This document shows positions 1 to 12,711 of a DNA stretch of 64,000 nucleotides, piece by piece. Source of the DNA: Octopus sinensis (lineage: Eukaryota); NCBI RefSeq assembly GCF_006345805.1, contig NC_043004.1:25358001-25422000 (forward strand), written 5' to 3'. The notes under the pieces were generated by a model. The model ran no database searches and was not told the DNA's origin. It worked only from the letters and a program-made list of their open reading frames with translations. Numbering within the stretch: position 1 is the stretch's first letter; every line of letters begins with the position of its first letter. The translations under genes and the position numbers were made by a program.

Positions 1-1070
1 CAATCGCATTACATCACATAACTTTCAACAGCTTCAGACAAAACTAAACCATCTTTGCTAATAAAACTAGGTAAACTTTGGTTTGGAGCTCTGCCAACCC
101 AGCATCATTAAGTAATTCAAGAGACAAATTAATTATCTCCAGAATGAAGAATCACATAACAGCTACTTAGATCATAAATAGCTTCTAACCCAAATCCTCC
201 TCATTTCTGCTGAAGCAGCTTCTAACAGCCTCTAGTAAACAATCGCTGAAAGCTAACATTTTCAACCTACCTAAAATTGCATCAATGAGTAAGAATATTT
301 TTTCAGTGATGGAAATTAAACGAACGTTTGACTAAAACTGACATTTTATCCGGCCCAATTACATCTCATGACTAATTAATACCCACTTCCTCTGACTCAT
401 TCTCAATTGCCTTCTCGGTTTTCAGAATATATCAAAGGACTATCCGTTCAATAAACAACTATACTACTCCGACTGCCTGGCTTTGCTTACATTTTGTCTC
501 TTCCGACGTTAATTAGAACGAAAGCATATTTATCCACTCTGAGAAGATATCATAACGATAATAATAGTTGTTACAAGAAATACGAAGATACATGACAGTA
601 CATCGACATGTTGATACAAGATATCTTAGTACGTTCGCTTGCAATTACGGTTTGAAATAGTGTCTTAGTTCAATATTTTCATGAAAACATTAAGTGAAGT
701 ATGAAAGATGTCCACGTAGCTTACCTCATAAAGGTTGTTCGTGGTGTAAGTTATATTGGTACCAACCCACTAGATAAGAGAAATTAAATGCATGCTATGA
801 TTAGGATACATTATATGAAAAAATTGTTATGTATTTTATATCTGTTTATTTTATTTTCCATCCTTGCATTTTCACGTCGTCGACATCCGTGAATGCATTC
901 GTATCTGTGTATTTATGTATGGATGTGCGTGGTGTTGTTATTATTCAGTTCCATATTTGTTTTAACTGTGTATACATAATTAAAAACGTCCCTGACATGG
1001 TCTGTGCGCTCCCGCATATGTATGTGTGTGTAGACGAGTGTATGTAAACAAAAATGAAATAATTGAAAAT

Positions 1071-1161
1071 GGCGCAGGCGTGGCTGTGTCTTCTACCATA
1101 GTTTCGGCCGACCAAAGCCTTGACAGTAGATTACGTAGACGGTAACTAAAAGAAGCGTGTC

Positions 1162-1207
<46 letters not shown>

Positions 1208-1418
1208 TGTGTGTGTGTGTGTGTGAGTGCGTGTGTGCCTTTGAGTCTGTGTTTTCCCCCATCACCGTTTGACACCCGGTGTTGTTTATGTCCCCGTGTC
1301 CCCGTAACCTAGCAGTTCGGCAAAAGTGACCGATATAATTAGTAGGAAGCTTAAGAAATAAGTGCCGGGGTTGATTTGTTCGACTAAAATCCCTCAAGCC
1401 GGTGCTCCAGCATGGCCG
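1071..1418 (+). mobile_element. SINE family A (tRNA-derived head, internal microsatellite, 3' domain), internally deleted copy
   Basis: GGCGCAGGCGTGGCTGTG head, GGCCGACCAAAGCCTTG, (TG)n, then GTTCGGCAAAA...GGTGCTCCAGCATGGCCG; matches many other copies in the window. Confidence 0.8.
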
Positions 1419-2079
1419 AAGAAATGTAAAGGTACATAAAATGTCACACAAAAAATATCTTGACTTATTGAAATTATATTCTCTTGGTGAGAAAAATAAA
1501 CATGTGGCAAAGGGAGATAATCTCAAAAATCAAGACCTTGCTTTAAGGAAAAAACAGTTTGATAGCTTGAAGACAAGCGGATAGCTATGGACATGTGCTT
1601 ATGCATCTTTAGACGTAATCAATAACCAATACAGTAACTGACTTAAATGTGGTGTAGATTTATTAAGGTAAACGTGATTAAAAATGTCAAAGGTTATTTA
1701 TATCCACTCATGTCACGGCATATCTATGTGTGTGTCTTATGTTGTGTTTATTCCCCCACCACCACCACCACCACCACCACCACAACCGCTTGACAATGGG
1801 TGTTGGCTTGTTTAGCGGTTCGGCAAAAGAATGAGTACTGATGTAGATTTGCTGGTCGCATCGGAGTTGTAGTCGAATACACTTGCTTTGGGTGCTATAC
1901 AATGAGGCTGAAACTGAACCCATGACCACATGATTGAGCCCTAGATAAAAAAAAAAAAAGAGGTGGGGCTTCAAGCTGGTATCCCAGTATGGCTGCAGTT
2001 CAATGACTGAAATAAATAAAACGTTACAGATATAAATATGTTATTTTACAGGTTTAGGTTTGTCAGTTAAAGTGCCTGA

Positions 2080-2215
2080 GGCGGCGAACTGATAAAATCG
2101 TTAGCACGCCAGCATTTTGGCCGTCTTACGCTCTGAGTACAAATCCCGCCGAGGTTGACTTTGCCTTTCATCCCTTTTAGGGTTGATAGAATAAGTATCA
2201 GTTGAACACGAGTGT
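2080..2215 (+). mobile_element. SINE family B fragment (Meta/MESC-like central domain)
   Basis: GGCGGCGAACTG...CCGAGGTTGACTTTGCCTTTCATCC...GATAGAATAAGTATCAGTT; homologous to 39821-40052. Confidence 0.75.
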
Positions 2216-2366
2216 CAATGTATGAGTGCACATATATGCGCGCGTGGGTGTGTATACATATGTACATCATACATACATATGTATGCCTATACATATATAT
2301 ATATATATATATATAGATTAAATTAGAGATATATGTATATATATGTGCGTGTGTGTGTGTGTGTGT

Positions 2367-2615
2367 GGAGGCGCGTGGCTTAGTGGTTAGGGTGTCAGCA
2401 CCATGATCGTAAGATTGTGGTTTCGATTCCTGGACCGAGTGACGCGTTGTGTTCTTGAGCAAAACACTTCATTTCACGTTGCTCCCGTCCACTCAGCTGG
2501 CAAAAATGAGTAACGCTGCGATGGGCTGGCGTGCCGTCCAGCTGGGGGACACATACGCCATAGAAACCGGGAAACCGGGCCCATGAGCCTGGCTAGGCTT
2601 TAAAAGGGCACATTT
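2367..2615 (+). mobile_element. SINE family D (tRNA-derived)
   Basis: A box TGGCTTAGTGG, B-box-like GTTTCGATTCC, then TTGAGCAAAACACTTCATTTCACGTTGCTCC, as at 22205 and 31696. Confidence 0.75.
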
Positions 2616-2644
2616 ATTTTTATTTTATATGCATATACATATAC

Positions 2645-2675
<31 letters not shown>

Positions 2676-3349
2676 ATATATATATATGAACACGAAGGGC
2701 TTAGTTCACTTGTGATCTAAACGAATAGGTACGGGGTTAGATCGATTCTCTGGTTTACACCCCCATTCGCTTTAAACGTTAAAGGCTTAGTCAAAACCGT
2801 CTTTCAAATAGTAGACTCTAACTTCTCACGTCACCATAAAAACCATTCAATCTTCAATAGATCTAACCTAAAATTATCCTACTCCTCTCCGCCCAGTATA
2901 AAATCTATTGCTGCCTCTTCCAATAAACATAAACTTAATTCCTACAACCTAAATATATATAATCATAACATAGGTCAAAGCCATGAAAATACTAATACCA
3001 ACATTGATGACATTCACTACACCCGCAACCCTAGCACTACAACCAGAATTAACCAAGATCCCCGCTTCCTATGAGGCGAATGTTGATACTAATAGCACCA
3101 CCACTAATACTAAAATTTATAATTCTAATACGACGATGACGACGAAGATGATCACCACCACCACCACCACTGCCGCCGCCACCGCCACTACTACTACCAC
3201 TAATAATAATAATAATAATAATATAATAATAATAATAATAAAAATACCATTACTACTAATAACAATGACAGTAATAATAATAACAAGAACAATAATTATA
3301 ATATGAGCCAACCCCTAATAACACATTTAATTTTAATTTCTCTATAAAT

Positions 3350-3540
3350 AGTACTGCATCTTCCCTTTCCACTAATAACCCGCGTAGGATAGATAACTGC
3401 AACTGCAACTATCTATCGCTTCAATGTGATTACATCATTCTAAATACTGCGAAAATACCTCCTGGATTTACCAGGGATTTTAACTAAGGGCCTGAAATAC
3501 GGACCAACATCCATATCCTCTGGAAAAAGATGGGTTGTAA
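3350..3540 (+). pseudogene. Possible degraded Penelope-like ORF relic
   Basis: Frameshifted CNC...LTKGLKYGP resembles the C-x-C...LSKGPKY stretch upstream of the RT in Penelope-like elements; weak. Confidence 0.3.
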
Positions 3541-3883
3541 ACATTATTCACACGTCTGTATTCTACCTTCACTTTTTATTCTTTTATTTACTACATTATT
3601 CTTCTATTTCATTGCTTATAAAATGTGAATATATTTTATTCCTTGAAAACTGTAAATTTTCCCTGTCGAAAATATTCATACCTTGTCTCTGATGGGTCAC
3701 CCATTACACGCACTTGCTAACCTACCACTCGGGTTATCCCAGAAACGGATGTAAAACTTCAAATTCATCTAACCCTAATTAAACTTGAGATAGTTGGTCT
3801 ACCTTGGTTTTGCTTTTTCCTCTAATCTAATATAATGTAATATAATATAATATGATATTATATATATATATATTATATATATA

Positions 3884-4728
3884 TCGCGCGCACACACGCG
3901 CTTGCGCCGGTTCGCGCACGCATACGCGCCGCATGCACCTCGCTCTTGGACCCGACGAGACCTCCCGCCCGTTCATGGGACCGTCGCGTGTCGTTGGGTT
4001 TTCCCACGCCCGTCTCCGCGGGACCACTCTTCCATCTTCCCCTCAGCTGGAGTCCTTTTTCCTTAACCCCCCCTTTTTCGTTACACACACGCGCACACAT
4101 ATACACACATTGCTTAAATATATACATTACTCTTACACACATTCAATCTACTCGCCATTAATACCACCACGACACTGGACACACACACACACTACTACTC
4201 AACACACGCTGGCACGCTACATACGCCCCCACCCCTTCCCCTCCCTCCCTTCCTCCTTCCTTCTTTTTCTTACTACTGACCTTGTCTGCTAAGCTGACCA
4301 CTGTCTCGCCCTACCTCACACGCCTACACACAGACGCACACACTAACACATACATATATTTTTTTGTTTTTTCATCTCGCCTCACACACACACATACACA
4401 CACGCACACGCACACACTCACACATACACACACATCTGTTGCGTTACCAACCTTGTCTCCACTCTTTTGCCTTTAAAAACCCACTTTGCTCTTGTTATCG
4501 TAAACATCCGCCTTTCACCATGTGCAACTCGTAAACACCAGTCGTTTTTTTTCTCTTTCCCTATTGCCCGCTCTGGGATCTTTCTTTCCTCTCTCTTCCT
4601 TCTTTATGTTTCCGACGAAGAGCTCCGCTCGAAACGTCATACCTCCCTGCTTCCATTTCCTGAGCGCCTATTAATAATAATACTGTAATTGTTCCATTGT
4701 TGTTGTTTTTTTGTTTCCCGTTTGGATT

Positions 4729-4735
<7 letters not shown>
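3884..4735 (+). mobile_element. Penelope-like pseudo-LTR-type element embedded in (TA)n
   Basis: (TA)n on both sides; hammerhead-like motif at 4610-4638; 3' stretch TTCCTGAGCGCC...TAATA...TTGTT shared with 53400-53485. Confidence 0.5.
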
Positions 4736-4765
<30 letters not shown>

Positions 4766-4880
4766 TGAAGGCGTGGCTGTGTGGTAAATACACAATGCAA
4801 TACACGCATATATATACGCATATACGTACATAAATACATACACAAGCGCATATATATGAACATATGTCCACACATACATA

Positions 4881-4934
<54 letters not shown>

Positions 4935-5253
4935 TGCTTACATGCATTTGCACATACATACATACATACATACATACTTACATACATAAAAATATACGCA
5001 TCCAGCTGTAGCAACCGTTACAAATGTGCTTGTTGAATCAATTGATCACTATATAATATCACATCTTGTCATAAATTATTTGATCAAGTATAGTTTTTAG
5101 TTTACTTCAGTTCATCATTCTCTACACACTGTATTCGAAGTGAATGTTAAACAGCAAAACTGAAAATTCTTGTTTTCCTGACAATAAGCTCATATAGAGG
5201 TAATGTACAATTAAAACATATCATCATTTACATACATACATATACACATTCAA

Positions 5254-5366
<113 letters not shown>

Positions 5367-5453
5367 ATATTCTTATAATATATATTATATAGTATATAAT
5401 ATATAGTATATATATAGTATATAATATATATATTATATATAGTATATATTCTT

Positions 5454-5608
5454 ATAAAAACTACAAGTTTCGTTAATCACAGCTACCCAGGGTTTCGAGG
5501 GTGAAGCATTTATTGCGTCATTTTTCAAAGAGTCTGAAAAATGGCAAAATAAACGTTTCGCGCACGAAACCCTGGGTAGCTGTAATTAACGAAACTTGTG
5601 GTTTTTAT
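5454..5608. mobile_element. MITE-like near-perfect palindrome
   Basis: 44-bp inverted arms 5454-5497 and 5565-5608 with 2 mismatches; inner stem CATTTTTCA/TGAAAAATG. Confidence 0.65.
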
Positions 5609-6559
5609 TACAACATTATACTTACTGTGTTAGCTAATTAATTGCTAATCTACTTCTTGAAGCCTTACTACATAATTATATATACCAAACAGTATCAAAA
5701 AAAAAAAGAAAAACACGAAGACGGGGTAAGAAAAACAAACAGGATGATTTCGGTTGATGCTCAGGAAAATTAGAAGTCTTTAATGTTTGGAGCATATGCT
5801 CATCTATGGAAAGTATAGAAGGAGAGAGAAAAAAGAGAGGGAAAAGAACAACGTATCTGAATTAAACAGTTACCGCATGCTGGTACATATGCATACGTAC
5901 ATACATACATACGTACGTACACACATACATATGCACGTATGTATATGTATGTATATTAATTAATGAATAACAAGAGAACATGAGTCACATAACCATCTTA
6001 GCTGACAGCTGTTTCTACTATCATCTTTTAACGTTTGAGTGCTCTGCTTTTAATAGCATTAACAGCTGTAAACTAATGAAGGTGATTACGTCACTCGTGT
6101 TTTCTTATCAAACTTAGTTAATATTGCGTTTTATACTCTAAAGCATAAATATTTTGTGTTCTTACGACTGCTATTAATATCGTTCTGCCAACGTGAAATC
6201 AAAATATACACACATACATGCATGATTGTTTCAGCTTCTCATACGATACGATAACCGTCTCACATTTACCCTGATTGTTCTTATTCACTTTCATCTTTGC
6301 TCGTATGTCGATATGACTCGTCAGCACTCGCCTATCGCCATAAAAATTTATAAAATAAAAAAAAAAACAGATCAAGAAATGAAATGATAATGAGACATCT
6401 GTACGTCATTGGTTTTAAGTGACAAACATACAACAGTCACTGTCTCGGTCGCCGTAGTAGGCTCCAGTTACAAGTGTTGCAAGATGACACCATTTTAGCT
6501 GCAAGTTTTATGCCAGGATCTCTTTCTCCTAGAAGAGCTACCTACCCCACAGCTTCGTC

Positions 6560-6850
6560 ATACACGTGGTGCTCCGTCGGTTACGACGATGGGGGTTCCA
6601 GTTGTTCCGATCAATGCAACAAACTACTCGTGAAATTCTTCGTGCAAGTGGATGTGCACTCCACAGATACGCGTACTCTTATCGTAGTTCTCAGGGTGAT
6701 TCAGCGTGACACAGAACTTCAGGTACAACTCATTTTTGCCATTTGAGTGGATTGTGGCAGCGTGAAATAGAGTGTCATGCGCAAGGATAGAACGCACCAG
6801 CGGGAATCAAATTCACGAGCTTACGATCGTGAGCCGAATAATCTAACCAT
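6560..6850 (-). mobile_element. SINE family D-type copy (long tail)
   Basis: Reverse complement of the tail at 31920-32080 (GTCACGCTGAATC...ACTGGAAC...GTCGTAA) plus degraded tRNA head. Confidence 0.65.
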
Positions 6851-7124
6851 TAAACCAGGCGCCTTCACTTGTCACACTTGTATATGTGTGTATGCATTTA
6901 TTTATTTATTTATGGCGAAATTCCAATCTACTTGATCTTCACAACAAATTCCTTTGTTATTCGTAAACGTACTTGACTTATTAATAACTATGATTTGGCA
7001 TCTGCATACTCACACATATGCACATATATACATGCACGCGCCAGTGTGTCTAATTCACTTCGTCACAGGGAGGAGGCGGTTTCGATTCCAGTGTGTGCTA
7101 TCTTGTATAAGAGTTATTATTATT

Positions 7125-7373
7125 GAGTGAGAGAGCAGTGAATGCCATCAAAGTGACACTGGGGTAAAACATACGAAGCCCAATATACCCATCATGACTA
7201 CCCGTCTGATAACTAGTTAAGGTTAAACAACTGACATGCAAACTGTGGTATTGAGCAGAATATTTGCTGTAGCTCATCTTTTATACCAAGACATAACAAT
7301 GTACATGATAATATTTCCTATCAGTTAAGATCAGAAGCCATGACAGCTACTGCCTGTTACTGCATCAGGGCAT
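7125..7373 (-). mobile_element. Family C (TAA)n-inserted element, internally deleted copy
   Basis: Same two termini as 12042-12597 (ATT|GAGTGAGAGAGCAG and CATCAGGGCA|TT); flanked by (ATT)n. Confidence 0.75.
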
Positions 7374-7420
7374 TTATTATTATTATTATCATTATTATTA
7401 TTATTGTTATTATTATTATG

Positions 7421-7491
<71 letters not shown>

Positions 7492-7497
7492 CATTAT
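7372..7497. repeat. (ATT)n microsatellite
   Basis: Direct inspection. Confidence 0.95.
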
Positions 7498-7974
7498 TGC
7501 TTTTGCACAGCTTCTAACGCTGGAGATGTACTTCGGTGTCAGCTGTTCACTACCAGTGAACTAAGGTAACACCTCTTATTTTTCGAGCACCTTCCGGAGT
7601 ATTCGAGCGGTTCCAAGCAGAGCTGTTTTCTGCAAGTGCTCCACCCTTATTGCAGCCCCTATTTGTTCAACGTACTTCTCGAGATTTTTATATGCTCCAA
7701 TTGACTCAATACTTGTAACAGTGTAGAAGCCAGTCTGATGATATATGTGATATAAAAGGACGAAAGATAAAGTCGACTTGGGCGGAAATTGAACTCAGAA
7801 AGTAAGAAAGTACGAAATGCCGCTAAGCATTTTGCACGGCATGCTAACGATTCTGGCAGCTTGCCGCCTTGTCACCTTGCCAACAACAACAACAATAATA
7901 ATAACAATAATTATGTACCAGTTGCGTACTAGGGTCGATCTAATTGACTGCTCCCATCCCAACTTTGTGCCTAG

Positions 7975-8302
7975 ACTTGCTGAGACTCCCTTCGGTCATG
8001 ACTGACAGTGGGATTGCACCTAGAAAGTTACCCTCCCAGGCACATGTCCGGGCAAGGTTGTTTATGGAAGACCAGCAGTCGCCCATGCATACCGGCTCCC
8101 CTCTCCACGGCACCAGTGTTATCCAAGAGAAAGGCGACGGCCGATACTGCTTGGCCCCTGGACGTCGCAACTCATTTCTACAGCTGAGTGAACTGGAGCA
8201 ACGTGAAATAAAGTGTCTTGCTCAAATACAACACACAGCCTGGTCCGGGATTCGAACTCACAACCTCACGATCGTAAGCTCGACGCTCTAACCACTGAGC
8301 CA
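7975..8302 (-). mobile_element. tRNA-derived SINE with distinct central domain (possibly Deu/Nin-type)
   Basis: Minus strand has A box TGGCTCAGTGG and B box GAGTTCGAATCC, then GGGCGACTGCTGGTCTTCCATAAACAACC; domain name is inference. Confidence 0.65.
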
Positions 8303-8324
8303 CTGAGTAGAAACGAATAGTTAT

Positions 8325-9550
8325 AATAATAATCCGTTCTACTATAGGCGCAAGGCCTGAAAATTGGGGGAGTGGATTAGTCGATTACAACTGGTGCTTA
8401 TTTTACCAGCCCCAAAATACTTCAAAACAAAACCAACCAACGCAGCATTTGAAATGCTGTTTAGCATATTCTTCGGCGTGCTAACGATTCTTTTCTACTC
8501 TAGGCACAAGGCCCGAAATTTGGGGAGAGGGGCCCAGTCGATTTGATCGACCCCTGTACGCAACTGGTACTTAATTTATCGACGCGGAAAGGATGAAAGG
8601 CAAAGTCAACCGCGGCGGAATTTGAACTCAGAACATAAAGACAGACGAAATACTGCTAAGCATTTCGGCCGGAGTGCTAACGGTTTTGCCAGCCCGCCAC
8701 CTTAATAAAATTTACAATAATCCTTTCTACAATATGCACAAGGCCAGAAAAATATTTTAGGAAATGGGTCTAGTCGATTACACCGATATAGTGCTCAACT
8801 GGTACTTATGGTCATCGAGTCCCAAAGGATGAAAGTTAAAGTCGAAAGATAAAATCGCTAAGCATTTTGTAAGGCGTTCTAACAATACTGCCAGCTCATT
8901 AGCGCACAATAACAACGACGATGACATCAATAACAATAATAATCCTTTCTACTAAAGGCACAAGGCCTACAATTTTAGGGGAGATGACTAGTTGAATACA
9001 TCGACGTCAGTGTTTCACTGATACTTAATTTATCGACTCCGAGAGGATGAAATGCAAAGTCGACCTCGGTTGAATTTGAACTCAGAAAGTAAAGACAGAC
9101 GAAATACCTATTTCTTTACTACCCACAAGGGGCTAAACACAGAGAGAACAAACAAGGACAGACAAACAGATTAAGTTGATTATATCGACCCCAGTGCGTA
9201 ACTGGTACTTAATTTATCGGCCCCGAAATTATGAAAGGCAAAGTCGACCTCGGCGGAATTTGAACTCAGAACGTAGTGGCAGACGAAATATCGCTTAGCG
9301 TTTTGCCCCCGGCGTGCTAACGCAGTATAAGGATGATCCTTTCTAATAAAAGTAGAAGGCCTGAAATTTGGATTGAGGAGAGTAGACGATTTCATCGACC
9401 CCCAGTGTTTCACTGGTACTTAATTTATCGCCCCAGAAAGGATGAAAGGTAAAGTCTCGACCTCAGCGGAATTTGAATTCAGGACGTAAAGACGGAAGAA
9501 ATGCTGCCAAGCATTTTCCCGGCGTGCTGACGCTTCTGCCAGCTCGCAGT
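8325..9550 (-). mobile_element. Head-to-tail cluster of about 6 SINE family B copies
   Basis: Recurring units TTCTACT...GGCACAAGGCC...AACTGGTACTTAATTTATCG...AGGATGAAAGGCAAAGTCGACCTCGG. Confidence 0.8.
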
Positions 9551-9661
9551 ATTATAATAATAATAATAATAATAATAATATAATAATAATAATAATAATA
9601 ATAATATAATAATAATAATGATGATGATGATGATGATGATGATATGATGATGATGATGATG

Positions 9662-9711
<50 letters not shown>
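9550..9711. repeat. (TAA)n/(TGA)n microsatellite
   Basis: Direct inspection. Confidence 0.95.
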
Positions 9712-9714
<3 letters not shown>

Positions 9715-10595
9715 GCCCTGACCCATTAATTGGCTAATGGCCTCTGGCTTAAAATCTGAAACAGAGGGGTTTATCATAGCAGCTCAAGATCAATGGCTAC
9801 CAACAAGAAACTACCAGGCCAACATATTAAAGAACGGCAGTAGCCCAACATGTCGTGTATGCCAACAACAAAATGAAACCATTGATCATGTTGTCTCCAA
9901 GTGCAGTCTTCTAGCGCCTACAGAGTATCTCAACAGGCATGATAGAGCTGCACAATATATTCACTGGGTAATTTGCAAAAACCTGGATTTGCCCCATGAA
10001 AAAAACTGGTGGGAACACAAACCACCTCCAGTGCTTGAAAATGACCACATCTCACTCCTCTGGAAATTCACCATTCAAACTGACAGAAAGATAGATGCAA
10101 ATAGGCCAGACATCATATTGAAAGACTTCAGACAAAGAACATGCCTCCTCATTGATATGACTGTCCCAATCGATATAAACGTATCTGTCAAGACCTACCA
10201 AAAACTGAGCAAATATAAAGATCTTGAAATAGAAATCAGCAAAATGTGGAACCTGAAGACTAAAACAATACCTGTTGTCATAGGTGCCTTGGGAATGATA
10301 GCGAAAGGGGCTGATTGCTACCTAACTCAGATACCAGGAAACCCCAAAATGGCAGAAATTCAAAAGATAGTGCTCATGGGAACTGCTCATATCCTACGCA
10401 AAATACTTTCTATGTAATCTCAAGGTTTAAAACAATCAAATTTTTTTTAGACATTCACTAGTACAAAACCAAAAAAAAAACCAAATATATGGCACACTAG
10501 GCATAACAACAACGTGAACTTCCAACCTGTTGTCTCTTGAGGTCTCAGGGGGAGATTTGGAGCCAACTTGTACAAATATAAAGCAAAAGTCAAAC

Positions 10596-10597
<2 letters not shown>
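9712..10597 (+). mobile_element. 5'-truncated R4/Dong-like non-LTR retrotransposon (CCHC knuckle plus restriction-like endonuclease; ORF 9737-10417)
   Basis: ETEGFIIAAQDQ, CRVC...ETIDHVVSKC, RHD, NRPDI, LID, K..KY, PVVIGALG; (TAA)n on both flanks. Confidence 0.9.
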
Positions 10598-10675
<78 letters not shown>

Positions 10676-11783
10676 GAAGTGAAATAGAAACTGTACGCAT
10701 GTTTGCTGTTATTGGTATAGTGATCCTCCCTTGATACAGCAAAATATAAATAAATAGATATATCTAGACCCGAATTTCTGAGCATGAGTTTTCAGTTGTT
10801 TGATCAACTAAATCATGAAACTCATTAGAATATATATATAGGATATTGAGCTTTATTTGATAACCAGCTGATCTAGCAAGCAGGGCCACATATCAGTGAG
10901 GGTGGGGCGGGCGGTGCGCAGTGATGCCATCGAAACGGCGCGCATTCTCTCCTGATGACCCCATACACTTGCTGGCTTCCGGTATGCGGAGTTTTTGACT
11001 GGTAGCACTGGCATGTGCAAGTTGTTTGCAAGACATCAGCTCAGTATTCCACGTTATTATCAAACAGATTATTGTGACACACTGTGACAAGGCTGGGCCT
11101 TAGAACCACAGATGCAATTCATATGACGGGTTTCTATACAGTTTCCCCTCTATCCAATTTCACTCATAAGTAATGAGTCGCTCTGTGCTTATGATCCTTA
11201 CTGGCACAAGTCCAGCAATTTTGAAGAGAAGGGCAAGTCGATTACATTAACCCCAGTAATCAAATGGTGCTTATATTATCAACACCGAAAGGATGAAAGG
11301 CAATGTCTGGGTATTTGAACCCAGAAAGTAAAACACCGGAAGAAATGCCACTATGCACTTTTGTCCGGTACGCTAACGATTCTGCTAACTTACTGCCTCC
11401 ACCGAAGCTATAATAAAGGCACTTATCCAAGTTGCCACCAGTTGAGATTGAACCTGGATGATGTTATTGCGAAGCGAAATTCTTAACCATTCGACCTTAA
11501 TGCGCCTACACATACATAAATACACACACAAATCTACCATGATACTTTTAATATTATTAACTAACAAATATTATACATATTCATATTCAATAAAGAAGGA
11601 ACAACTTGATGTTATATTACAGCTCTGAAGTGGTAAAAGATGACATTTTCCCGTAGCCTAAGTATGTCTTTGATTCTGCTCTATATAGCCTTCTGCTTCT
11701 TAGTTCCAGTTGCGGATTCCAGAGGTATGTAGCATCATTGTTATACTCATAATTCTGCGCGCATGCATGCACACTAACATACA

Positions 11784-11829
<46 letters not shown>

Positions 11830-11833
11830 CGTA

Positions 11834-11986
11834 TACATTATTTACATTATTTACATTTGACGGATATTTGTCTTCATCTTGCTTGTTGTTAACACAACGT
11901 TTCAGCTGATATACCCTCCAGCCTTCATCAGGTATCTTGGGGAAATTTCGAACCTGGGTTTTCATTCCTAAGGTATTTTTCGATGC

Positions 11987-11987
<1 letters not shown>
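11834..11987 (-). mobile_element. Hammerhead-bearing 3' domain of tRNA-headed family E element
   Basis: Homologous to 50805-50950 and 12712-12830. Confidence 0.7.
11891..11936 (-). ncRNA. Minimal type I hammerhead ribozyme motif
   Basis: GAUAC CUGAUGA A GGCUG-loop-CAGCU GAAA CGUU GUGUU: intact core, helix II, palindromic AACGUU helix III, helix I. Confidence 0.6.
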
Positions 11988-12037
<50 letters not shown>

Positions 12038-12041
12038 CATT

Positions 12042-12594
12042 GAGTGAGAGAGCAGTTCATGCCATCAAAGTGACACTGGGGTAAAATATACGAAGCCCAA
12101 TATACCCATCATGACTACCCGTCTGATAAAGGTACACCAGGCACATGCATCACAACCATATGTGCGCGACATGGTGATCTCATATCAAGATAAACAGCAC
12201 ATGACCTTGCAGGTGGGGCCCAGTTAGAATTTTCTTCAGGTTGAGTAGCCCATCCCGCTCAAACGGTCCCTGAATAAGGGTTGTTTAAGGATGTTGAAAG
12301 AACCACCCATGTTTCCAGAGGTGAACTATTCAAACCCTAAAGAATCCCTCTCAACACATGGCTATGATGCTCCCCCACTACTTCTGCTCGTGATCAGAGA
12401 TGCACATATCGTCAGCCACTAAGGGACATGCTCAACTGGTTAAGGTCAAACAACTGACAAGCAAATCTGTGGTATTGAGCAGAATATTTGCTGTAGCCCA
12501 TCTTTTATACCAAGACAAAACAATGTACATGATAACACTTCCAATCAGTTAAGGTCAGAAGCCATGAGAGCCACTGCCTGGTACTGCATCAGGG

Positions 12595-12597
<3 letters not shown>
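12042..12597 (-). mobile_element. Family C (TAA)n-inserted non-coding element, apparently full length (~555 bp)
   Basis: (ATT)n on both flanks; four homologous copies in the window; no ORF and no Pol III boxes seen. Confidence 0.8.
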
Positions 12598-12670
<73 letters not shown>

Positions 12671-12674
<4 letters not shown>

Positions 12675-12711
12675 TCACTGCTTGGAATCGAACTCGGAAT
12701 CTTGGGATTAG
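12671..12711 (-). mobile_element. Family E tRNA-derived head, 5'-truncated
   Basis: B box GAGTTCGATTCC followed by GCAGTGACCTG(AAT)n; matches 50739-50777. Confidence 0.7.

Noticed and set aside
1-560. Possible retroelement coding relic at the window start (and 2690-2990)
   Set aside because: A/C-rich LINE-like composition, but no diagnostic motif could be read.
6474-6746. 90-aa ORF
   Set aside because: Mostly the reverse complement of a SINE tail.
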